A DNA stretch of 64,000 nt, taken from NCBI GenBank assembly GCA_030426765.1, contig JAUHXV010000009.1, forward strand, positions 10,633 to 74,632, given 5' to 3'. The position numbers and the translations under genes were made by a program. Positions 1 to 7,719 of the stretch are shown here, in pieces (positions within the stretch are counted from its first letter, which is position 1; the number at the start of each line of letters is the position of its first letter). This DNA comes from Bacteroidia bacterium. Lineage in GTDB: Bacteria; Bacteroidota; Bacteroidia; Chitinophagales; Saprospiraceae. Under the pieces are notes generated by a model. It was given only the letters and a program-made list of their open reading frames with translations. It had not been told where the DNA came from and ran no database searches.

Positions 1-145
1 CGTCACGGATCATCGCATCAACCTGACGCTGTACAGTCTTGACAGAATTGTCTTAGGTGATCTCGACCCACTCATTGACGCACTCAAACTCGCTGAGAAC
101 ACAGAGCGCCTGAAGGAGATGGTATCTGATGAATCTGAAATCTAA
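1..145 (+). CDS. prfA: peptide chain release factor 1, C-terminal fragment (5' end lies outside the window)
   Basis: Frame 2 reads [47 protein letters not shown] and stops at TAA 143-145. This closely matches the conserved class-I release factor C-terminus (E. coli RF1 ...[22 protein letters not shown]...). Confidence 0.75.
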   Translation, partial: VTDHRINLTLYSLDRIVLGDLDPLIDALKLAENTERLKEMVSDESEI

Positions 146-148
146 CGA

Positions 149-3100
149 CTAGAAATCCGTGCCCATGGAAAACTGAAGAATGGGCTTGCGACTTGTTTCG
201 GTTTCCAATCCCCACCCGTAATCCAGTTTAAGGAAATACCCGAAGACCAGTGTGCGCACACCAAATCCGTATCCGATGATCAGCGGATTGCGATAGTAAT
301 TGACCGTCACTTCGACGGTAGGTGGATTGTACAAAACAACAGTATTCAGTGGGTTTCCGGAGGCAAAGGGGTTAGTCCCTTCCCACGCAGTACCGGCATC
401 GGCAAAGCCTACGAGTTGGATATTGCGGATAAAAGAGGAGCGAATTTTCTGTCGGGACAAGTATTGGAAAATCGGTATGCGCAATTCGGCATTTCCGAGG
501 ATGACACTACTTCCGATCCGCGCATTGTATTTAAATCCGCGCATATTGGCCGCTAAGGCTGTGTAGGCATAATTTTCATCACTGGCCGCACGCATGTTGT
601 CATCGTAGGAGGGAAACAACCAGTTTTCCACGCCTCCCAGATTGTACAGTATACGTTCAGCTCCCAGGGTAGTGGCTGCGGTAAGCCTTGCGGCGAAAAT
701 CGATCTTCCATCCAGTGAGACATAGTGTCTGGCGTCCATCGACAGGACGGTCATGAAGCCTTCGTTAAACTGAAATTTTTCATCATCCTCAAAGAGGTTG
801 AGATCAAACCGTTTGACAATTTCAGCACCAAACTTCATTCGGGTACCGGTGCGACTATTGATGTCAATCACTCGCGTATTATCATAGACCCACTCCAGCA
901 AAAGACCTATGCGCTGGGCGGAATTTGTTTTTTCGTCCAGTGAGGGCTTGTTGAGCGCCAATGGAATCTGATCATCGTTGCGTAGCGTCAGGGTAGCACG
1001 AATACTGTTGTACGCGTCAAACGGGTATCGCCACTGAGAGAGTGCAAGTAAGGTCACATACTTATACTGCTTGAGCTCGTTTGGAGATGTCTGATCATAT
1101 TCGGTCACCGATTTTCGGTATAGAGCAAACTGTTTATCAATGCGGCGTTTTTTATTGTCAAAAACCAGGAAGTACTCAGATCCGTTGAAGGTCGTGGGAT
1201 AACGCGCACCACCGGTGATCACGTAATCTTCCAGGAGATCTTTTATACTGGCTTTAAAAAGGATGCCGAGCGGAGAGGGTTCAAACTCGCGTTTCTGTCC
1301 GGCATAGCTGTTGAGTCCGCCAAACAAAAGATCGTTGTCCATGGTGACATTAAACTGATGTAGTTTAAACTTCGATCGTGCGGCTATGATTCTGGAGCGT
1401 ATAAAAGGTGTCAGGTCGCCCGGATCGTATTCCAGTTTTCCGGAGCTGGAGGGCTCGAGAATTTTTGTCAGGTCAGCCACGCCATCATCTGTGCTTAGTA
1501 TCTCTTCTGAAACCTCTTCTTCAGGTTCCGCTTCCGGTACCGGGAAAGGTGTCTGAAACAGATATCGGGGATCGATGATGGCCTCCTCCGGAATTTCTTC
1601 TTTCGACTCTTCGGCCAGTTTAATGATGAAATCAGAAATTGCTTTTTGTTTGTTGAGTGCACCGTATGTACTATCAATATGGCTGGTATAGATATAAGGT
1701 TTGTTGCGTTTTACCAGCCAGTCGATCACCATCGGGCTGGCAGGCACGATTTCATGCAGCAGGATATCGCGGTCGTAGGTGGTATGCAGCACTGATAAGG
1801 GCGGATCTTCCAGGAGGCGGCTCACTTTAACACGTTGCCATAAACCTGAAAAATCAGCCAGACAAATCAACTCGTCATTTCCGGCAATCCGGGCCTTGCG
1901 TTCACTGGCTTCTTCGCTAAACGTCAGGCGCCTCAGACTCCCACCGGATTTCTGATAGTCGAGCAGAAAAAGATCAAACTGACCAATGGGCAAAATCGTG
2001 TCGAGTTTCATCTTGCGCAGATTTTCATCTGTGCGATTAGAAGAAAACAAAATGTATCGCTGCCCTTCCAGATACACCACAGAAGCATCCAGATCGTCAT
2101 AAAAGTCTTCCGTCACCCGAACGCTTTCACGCGTAATAGGCGCGTACAGGTACAGATCCGAAAACCCATCTGTGGAAGCAGAAAGCATCAGCGTATCCGG
2201 AGACCAATAGTCCATATCATAGACGCGATGGTACTCAGGACTCAGTACATCCATAAACACATCATCTTCTTCAAGGTCATAGCGACGAACATAGATGACA
2301 TCGCGTCGTTCAAAAAGTATGGTCAGGTCTTTTCCGTCCGGACTCCAGGCGATCGCAGGATACATCGGATCTGTTTCTACCTCGTAGTTGCGTATACCAT
2401 ATCGGTAGATGACTTTTTTATCGCCGGTGACCAGATCGTAGATATAGACTCTGACGCGACCAAAGTCATTGAGCGAATATGCCAGCTGCTGTCCGTTGGG
2501 GCTCAATCGCATTCGACCGATTTCTACCGGCCGTTTTTGGCTAGTCAGCGGAAGATCATGCGTAAAAAGTCCGCCAATCCCTTCAGTGGAAAAATATTTT
2601 TTCTCGTAATACGCCTTCCATTGTACGGCGAGTTCTTTCGAGTCGATACCCAGTACATAGATCAGTCCGTTTTCCAGACTGCGTTGTATGCGCGTCAGGT
2701 ATAGAATATTGGAAATGGAGGCTTCGCCATACGTCGTCGCTAAAAAATGCCACATAGAATGCCCGGCCAGGATGGCATCGTCTTTAGTGAGCCGGTTAAA
2801 GTCTTTCTTCTTTTTTTTCTTTTTCGGATCGGAAAAATAGTCTTTGAGTTTATTGTCCAGATCCGGATTCCATTCTTCACCCACATACGACACAAGCCCT
2901 TGTTGAAACCAATCCGGCAGGTTGAGCAGGATGGCGTTCTGGACAATTTCCTGGAGGTTGTTGCCATGCAACATGGAATTGATGTACACAGCCGCTATGC
3001 CTTGCCGGAGCGATTTGCGCAGGTCATTGTGATTGCCATTGAAGTAGATAAAGACTTTGTTTTCGATGACCTTCGTGATGCCCCCTTTGCCGGCAAATTG

Positions 3101-3418
3101 TTCTTCCGTCCCCAGGTTGCTCTGCTTCATATCGGTCAGATCAAGATAGACGATGAGTTCTATCTTGTCATTCATTTTGTGCTCGAGAATATTCTGGATT
3201 TCGGGATTGTCGAGTTCGGCCAGCTGGACGACCGTGTGCGCGATGTCGCGTCCTTTGCCATACCAATAGGTGACGAAATTCTCCGTTTCGTACATATCCC
3301 AGTGGTCAAAATCATCGTGATACTGGATGCGATTTTTGCCAAATTCAGTCGCTATGGACTGTCCTTGCAGCATCGTGTGCAGCAGCAGAAGGCATATGGC
3401 TGTTACTATCTTTCGCAT
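149..3418 (-). CDS. large outer-membrane protein: TolB/PD40-like beta-propeller region plus Omp85 (surface antigen D15) type C-terminal barrel
   Basis: ORF 149..3514, trimmed to Met33 (cat at 3416-3418), where a signal peptide MRKIVTAICLLLLHTMLQGQ begins. The C-terminus has Omp85-like motifs (LGNAELRIPIF, GFADAGTAW, GYGFGVRT, final F). The middle resembles PD40 propeller repeats. There is an internal K8 tract. Confidence 0.6.
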   Translation of the reverse strand: MRKIVTAICLLLLHTMLQGQSIATEFGKNRIQYHDDFDHWDMYETENFVTYWYGKGRDIAHTVVQLAELDNPEIQNILEHKMNDKIELIVYLDLTDMKQSNLGTEEQFAGKGGITKVIENKVFIYFNGNHNDLRKSLRQGIAAVYINSMLHGNNLQEIVQNAILLNLPDWFQQGLVSYVGEEWNPDLDNKLKDYFSDPKKKKKKKDFNRLTKDDAILAGHSMWHFLATTYGEASISNILYLTRIQRSLENGLIYVLGIDSKELAVQWKAYYEKKYFSTEGIGGLFTHDLPLTSQKRPVEIGRMRLSPNGQQLAYSLNDFGRVRVYIYDLVTGDKKVIYRYGIRNYEVETDPMYPAIAWSPDGKDLTILFERRDVIYVRRYDLEEDDVFMDVLSPEYHRVYDMDYWSPDTLMLSASTDGFSDLYLYAPITRESVRVTEDFYDDLDASVVYLEGQRYILFSSNRTDENLRKMKLDTILPIGQFDLFLLDYQKSGGSLRRLTFSEEASERKARIAGNDELICLADFSGLWQRVKVSRLLEDPPLSVLHTTYDRDILLHEIVPASPMVIDWLVKRNKPYIYTSHIDSTYGALNKQKAISDFIIKLAEESKEEIPEEAIIDPRYLFQTPFPVPEAEPEEEVSEEILSTDDGVADLTKILEPSSSGKLEYDPGDLTPFIRSRIIAARSKFKLHQFNVTMDNDLLFGGLNSYAGQKREFEPSPLGILFKASIKDLLEDYVITGGARYPTTFNGSEYFLVFDNKKRRIDKQFALYRKSVTEYDQTSPNELKQYKYVTLLALSQWRYPFDAYNSIRATLTLRNDDQIPLALNKPSLDEKTNSAQRIGLLLEWVYDNTRVIDINSRTGTRMKFGAEIVKRFDLNLFEDDEKFQFNEGFMTVLSMDARHYVSLDGRSIFAARLTAATTLGAERILYNLGGVENWLFPSYDDNMRAASDENYAYTALAANMRGFKYNARIGSSVILGNAELRIPIFQYLSRQKIRSSFIRNIQLVGFADAGTAWEGTNPFASGNPLNTVVLYNPPTVEVTVNYYRNPLIIGYGFGVRTLVFGYFLKLDYGWGLETETSRKPILQFSMGTDF

Positions 3419-3566
3419 CGACCCGTCTATAACGATTAAAAGGAGCGTAAAATATAGGGGTTTTAAGGGAAAATTGGCCTTTTTCTGACTGGTCCGGCGA
3501 CTTAAGGCCTCCACAACAGCAGATATCTGACATTATCCCGGAATATTGGGATGCTTTGGGTATGGA

Positions 3567-3634
3567 GCGAAGGGCAGAGAGCTTGGGTCTCCTTCGCTAA
3601 AGCTACGGCGACTGAAAGGCGTAGGGCGGAGAGC
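3567..3634. repeat. 68-nt composite block (7-mer-type GC words flanking a type A module), paralogous to 39168-39235
   Basis: gcgaagggcagagagc-ttgg-gtctccttcgctaaagctacggcgact-gaaaggcgtagggcggagagc compared with gcgaagggcggggagc-atgt-(same 27-mer)-gaaaggcatggggcggagggc. Confidence 0.9.
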
Positions 3635-3667
3635 TTAGAATGTCCTGTCTTAAGGAGATAAATCTAA

Positions 3668-3768
3668 ATCTGTCTCCAGTAAACATCCCCTTCATCCAAA
3701 GGACTGCGCCTTCTGGACAAGCGAGGGGGATCAGCCTACGGCTGAGGGGGTTCCCCGTGACCCAGAAA
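3668..3768 (-). repeat. mosaic hairpin element, long form (copy i)
   Basis: See finding 1. Contains hairpin tcagcc-tac-ggctga at 3731-3745 and the long hairpin 3685-3731. Confidence 0.9.
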
Positions 3769-3852
3769 GGCCAGTATCAAGTGTGCGGATCTCCTTCGCT
3801 AAAGCTCAGGGCAAGGTTTTGCTTGAATTTGTTTGCTGTGTGTTGCCTGATT

Positions 3853-4301
3853 CCCGCGAGCTAAAGCACAGGGCTCCCGACACATCGGGATAAAAAAAAG
3901 GAATGATTTCTACCAGGATGGTCATGCGCTTAAGCGCGACCTGATTTATCACCTCTCACTAAAATCCCTTTCAACGCATTGAAAGGCTACCATTCATGGA
4001 ATCAAATTTCCCTCGTCCCACAGATCACCTTTTAGTCGCCGTAGCTTCAGCGAAGGAGACCATCACTCCATCACTCCCCCCGAGCTAAAGCTCGGGGCTC
4101 CCGACACATCGGGATAAAAAAAAGGAATGATTTCTACCAGGATGGTCATGCGCTTAAGCGCGGACTGATTTTTTTGATCTCACTAAAATCCCTTTCAACG
4201 CATTGAAAGGCTACCATTCATGGAATCAAATTTCCCTCGTCCCACAGATCACCTTTTAGTCGCCGTAGCTTCAGCGAAGGAGACCATCACCCCATCACTC
4301 C
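3853..4301. repeat. tandem duplication, 2 x 224 bp
   Basis: gctcccgacacatcgggat at 3873 and 4097; agtcgccgtagcttcagcgaaggagac at 4034 and 4258. The copies are identical except for one 16-nt patch. Confidence 0.95.
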
Positions 4302-4307
4302 CTCCCT

Positions 4308-6131
4308 CTATATCCCTTCAGGCAGCGTGTATGTCCGGCCTTTGTTTTCTTCTTTGAGCCAGCTCATAAGCGGATCAAAATAGCGCACCATGGCGTTGGC
4401 ATTCATCTCCTGTCCGGTGGCGTCTTTCATGACGTCCTGCCAGTCGCGGGTTGCGCCGACGCGCATCATTTCGTTGAGGAATGTTCCGATTTCCTTATTG
4501 CCGAAATAATTGGTAGCGGTGGCAGGTTGCTTCAGAATATTTTCAGCGATGTGCTGGTGGAGCTGGAACAGGATGACATAGGAGAGTGCATAGTCATAAT
4601 ACTGCGCGGCGTCATTGTTGATATGTGTTTTGGTGGCTGCATCGCAGTTCACTTCTCCGCGGTCTGACGGTGGTACGATGCCCTGATATTTCTTTGCCAG
4701 TGCCCACCATTTTTTATTGAACTCATCCGGTGACAGGTTGTCTGCATACAGCGATTTTTCAAATTCACTCATGGTGCCTGCTGCAAAAGGAATGAAAACG
4801 GCAAAATTGAGGGCTTCTTTCAGCAGGATCTGGATCGAATCTGTCTTTGCATCTGCCGGTACCAGTCCACGGCCCACCAAATAGGGTTTTTGGGTCGCCG
4901 CCATGCCCATCATACTGCCTAAAGCCTCGTGGAAGGCCCTGTTAGCCCCTTCACGAAGCAGCGGGGGTACATCCGGATTAGTATACGCGATATAGTAATA
5001 GATGTGTCCTAGCTCATGGTTGGAGGTCTCAAACCATTCTGCATTGGGCTCTACACTCATCAAACTGCGCACGTCGGTGCCGAGGTCGAGGTGCCAGGCC
5101 GAAGCATGGTTGTTTTTCTTCAACGTAGAATCCACAGGATACGGATAGAGATTGGACTTCGTCCAGAAAGACTCCGGCAGAGCAGGGAAACCCAGGCTTT
5201 TATACAAGGCTTCTCCTTCGCGGATGATCCACTCCGGACTTTTATCGGCGAGTACGGCATCCACATCAAGGCCTTCTACTTCAAGCATGGCACTCCAATC
5301 CTGCCCCCATCGGTTTGGCAACCAATGTGCCGGCAGATAATCGGGGACTTCGTCGACACCATACTTTTTGGCTAGTTCATAACGCGCATAGGTGTGTAGT
5401 TCTCTGAACAGAGGACGCAACTCCTGGTTGAGACGCTCCATCATTTCCATCATCTCATCGGTCGACAGTCCATAATTGGATACCTGGTAGGAGAAGTAAT
5501 CCGGGTAGTCGAGGGCTTGCACGGTTTCATTTCTCAAACGTCGGAGATTGACGAGGCCGTCTTTGAGTTCTTTGCCCACTTCCTTACTTGCTTCCCATGC
5601 CTTGAGTCGCTCATCGAGGTTGTTTTCGGTTTTTAGAATTTCGTCGATCGTATTGGTGGTGACATCTTTGCCATCGATTTTAAAACTAAAGCCATATAGC
5701 TTTTCAGTTTGCGCGATAGAAGCAATGATTTTTTCTTTCACCAGGTCTGCTACCGTCTGCGGGTCGCTGCCTGCGAGATATAGAATTGTTTCCAGCTGAC
5801 GCACTTGCAAGGGTGTGAGTTCGTCTTTCTGCTCGAGAAATTTTCTGGTAGTTTCGATGTTTTCCACACTTCCTGTAAAGGCAGTCATGGCTTCGTCTGC
5901 GATGCGTGAGTTGTACGCATTGAGGGTATCGCCTTCCTGAATTTCGGTGTTGGTTTTCCAGGCGGCTTTGGCTGATGTATAATAGAGGTCAACGTATTTC
6001 TCTGTATAGCTATCGAGAAATGCCTGCGCTTCCTTTTGTGCGGCTGTTTCTCCTGAGGAAGAATTGTCAGAATTGCAGGCTAACAATCCTGTCAGGATAA
6101 GAGCCAGCATAAGTAGTGTGAGATTTTTCAT
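4308..6131 (-). CDS. M2 family peptidyl-dipeptidase A (angiotensin-converting-enzyme-like) lipoprotein
   Basis: NHELGHIYYYIAYTNPDVPPLLREGANRAFHEALGSMMG aligns with the ACE zinc site HHEMGHIQYY...GANPGFHEAIGD. The N-terminus has a lipoprotein signal (LTGLLAC). Confidence 0.85.
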   Translation of the reverse strand: MKNLTLLMLALILTGLLACNSDNSSSGETAAQKEAQAFLDSYTEKYVDLYYTSAKAAWKTNTEIQEGDTLNAYNSRIADEAMTAFTGSVENIETTRKFLEQKDELTPLQVRQLETILYLAGSDPQTVADLVKEKIIASIAQTEKLYGFSFKIDGKDVTTNTIDEILKTENNLDERLKAWEASKEVGKELKDGLVNLRRLRNETVQALDYPDYFSYQVSNYGLSTDEMMEMMERLNQELRPLFRELHTYARYELAKKYGVDEVPDYLPAHWLPNRWGQDWSAMLEVEGLDVDAVLADKSPEWIIREGEALYKSLGFPALPESFWTKSNLYPYPVDSTLKKNNHASAWHLDLGTDVRSLMSVEPNAEWFETSNHELGHIYYYIAYTNPDVPPLLREGANRAFHEALGSMMGMAATQKPYLVGRGLVPADAKTDSIQILLKEALNFAVFIPFAAGTMSEFEKSLYADNLSPDEFNKKWWALAKKYQGIVPPSDRGEVNCDAATKTHINNDAAQYYDYALSYVILFQLHQHIAENILKQPATATNYFGNKEIGTFLNEMMRVGATRDWQDVMKDATGQEMNANAMVRYFDPLMSWLKEENKGRTYTLPEGI

Positions 6132-6232
6132 ATCGGAAATTTATATTTCTGCGAAAGTAAAGAATTCGGAGAGCATGGCCTTTACGCTTGTCTGTTATCC
6201 GGCGGTGTTGATCGGAAATGTTGGATTTATAT

Positions 6233-6304
6233 GGGGTGATGGAGTGATGTGGTGATGTGGTGATGTGGTGATGTGGTGATGAGGTGATGAGGTGTTGGAG
6301 TGAT
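6233..6304. repeat. 8-bp tandem array, 9 units (GTGGTGAT family)
   Basis: ggggtgat ggagtgat gtggtgat x4 gaggtgat gaggtgtt ggagtgat. Confidence 0.95.
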
Positions 6305-6323
6305 TCTTCTTCTCTTCTATGAG

Positions 6324-6515
6324 CTCCGTGCTTTAGTTCGAGACCAGCCGAACAGGACTCTTTTAGGATGATTAAAAGTCACCTTCGCTGAAGCTATGGC
6401 GACTAAGAAGAGAATGAGGTTTTTTCCATGATCCCCGAGCTAAAGCACGGGGTAACATTTCAATTTGTGGAGGTTGATTTGTCATGTCTGCCTAACTCCG
6501 AGCTAAAGCACGGAG
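6324..6515. repeat. cluster of four GC-TRAA-GC core modules
   Basis: 6324-6342 (inverted, degenerate), 6378-6404 (type A), 6433-6452 and 6496-6515 (type B hairpins). Confidence 0.85.
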
Positions 6516-6545
6516 CTAACAGATTACCCTCGCTCAATGCACCAT

Positions 6546-6657
6546 GCCCTTCGCCCTTTGCCCTTTGCCCTTTGCTCTTTGCTCTCCGCCCTCCGCCCTC
6601 CGCTCTCCGCTCTCCGCCCTCCGCTCTTCGCCCTCCGCTCTTCGCCCTTCCCCTTTT
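6546..6657. repeat. 7-bp tandem array, about 16 units (GCYCTYY)
   Basis: gcccttc gcccttt x3 gctcttt gctctcc gccctcc x2 gctctcc x2 gccctcc gctcttc gccctcc gctcttc gcccttc ccctttt. Confidence 0.95.
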
Positions 6658-6662
6658 CCCAT

Positions 6663-6670
6663 TACCTTTG
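6663..6670 (+). promoter_or_regulatory. TAccTTTG match to the Bacteroidota -7 box, only 4 nt before the MBL-fold gene ATG
   Basis: tacctttg at 6663-6670, ATG at 6675. The spacing is too short for a normal leader, so it may be coincidental. Confidence 0.2.
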
Positions 6671-6674
6671 GCCT

Positions 6675-7316
6675 ATGGCTTTACACGTACACGGTTTTAC
6701 CTTCAATCCTTTTCAGGAAAACACCTATATCATCCGTGCAGAAAACGGGGAATGCATCATCATTGATCCCGGTTGTTTTGATGCCAGGGAACAGCAGCAA
6801 CTCAAAGCATACATTGAGTCTGCCAACCTGAAGCCGGTGCGACTGATCAATACCCATTGCCACATTGACCATGTGTTAGGAAATAAGTTTGTCGCAGAAA
6901 CATATGATCTGGGATTGGAGATGCATAAAGGTGAACTGCCGGTGTTGGAAGCGCAGGTGCATACGGCTAGTATGTATGGCATACCGTATGAGGCATCACC
7001 GATGCCGGTTTCCTTTTTGGAAGAAGGCGATACGGTCGAAATTTCAGGACATGCCATGGAAGTGCTTTTCACTCCGGGGCATTCGCCCGCAAGTATTTGT
7101 CTGTATAGTGCCGAAGAAGGTTGGGTGATCGGAGGTGATGTGCTATTTTATGAAAGTATCGGAAGAACGGATCTTCCCGGTGGAGACCATCAGACGCTTT
7201 TGCGAAGTATTCGTGAAAAATTATTTGTGTTGCCCGACGAAACGATCGTGTATCCGGGGCATATGCAATCGACGAAGATCGGGTATGAGAAATTGTTCAA
7301 TCCGTTTCTGCAGTAA
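6675..7316 (+). CDS. MBL-fold metallo-hydrolase (glyoxalase II-like)
   Basis: THCHIDH (HxHxDH) motif. The start is trimmed to Met47 of ORF 6537..7316 because the upstream 46 codons are translated 7-bp repeat. Confidence 0.85.
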   Translation: MALHVHGFTFNPFQENTYIIRAENGECIIIDPGCFDAREQQQLKAYIESANLKPVRLINTHCHIDHVLGNKFVAETYDLGLEMHKGELPVLEAQVHTASMYGIPYEASPMPVSFLEEGDTVEISGHAMEVLFTPGHSPASICLYSAEEGWVIGGDVLFYESIGRTDLPGGDHQTLLRSIREKLFVLPDETIVYPGHMQSTKIGYEKLFNPFLQ

Positions 7317-7355
7317 GGCGTTGAAACAATCCGTTTGTTGATTTCGAAAAAGCAA

Positions 7356-7703
7356 TTATTTGATTTCTTCAACAATCGATTCGCCTGCCCCTTCTCCGCC
7401 AAATGTCCAGTTCCATTTTTCATGTAATCGAATACGACCATCCTGAAGAATCTCAGGCTTACTCGCGCAATGTCCGCTTTTCAGCACACCCTCCGTATCA
7501 ATGTGATGGTAGACAAAGTCAAGACTTCCATCATCATGCACATGCCCTTTCATATGTCCGTCCACGATACTGCCTCCTGAATAGTTAGCGGTCAGTGTAT
7601 TGCCCGACTGATGATAGTGAAAAACAGTGTCTCCGTTCACTTGTCCATTGGGCGTATTGGTGATCCCGCTGAATTTTCTCCCGTGATAATTTATTTTTGC
7701 CAT
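7356..7703 (-). CDS. small conserved hypothetical protein (115 aa)
   Basis: Clean ORF with ATG start. The sequence pattern (NGxVxxDTxFxYxQxGxxxxAxYxGGxIxxGxxxG...WxWTxG) resembles a widespread small family that I recall being mis-annotated as N-acetylglutamate synthase. Confidence 0.5.
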   Translation of the reverse strand: MAKINYHGRKFSGITNTPNGQVNGDTVFHYHQSGNTLTANYSGGSIVDGHMKGHVHDDGSLDFVYHHIDTEGVLKSGHCASKPEILQDGRIRLHEKWNWTFGGEGAGESIVEEIK

Positions 7704-7719
7704 TTCAAATTACAATTTC

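Noticed and set aside
3540-4307. Possible CRISPR array, given the many short palindromic repeats in a long non-coding gap
   Set aside because: There is no constant repeat alternating with unique spacers of regular length. The units are mosaics of different modules or 224-bp duplications. No cas genes occur anywhere in the window.
6428-6831. Three overlapping ORFs (6428, 6537 N-terminal part, 6544) encoding Pro/Leu/Ala/Ser-rich peptides
   Set aside because: They are translations of the 7-bp tandem array, which is open in several frames. The MBL-fold gene has a proper start at 6675.
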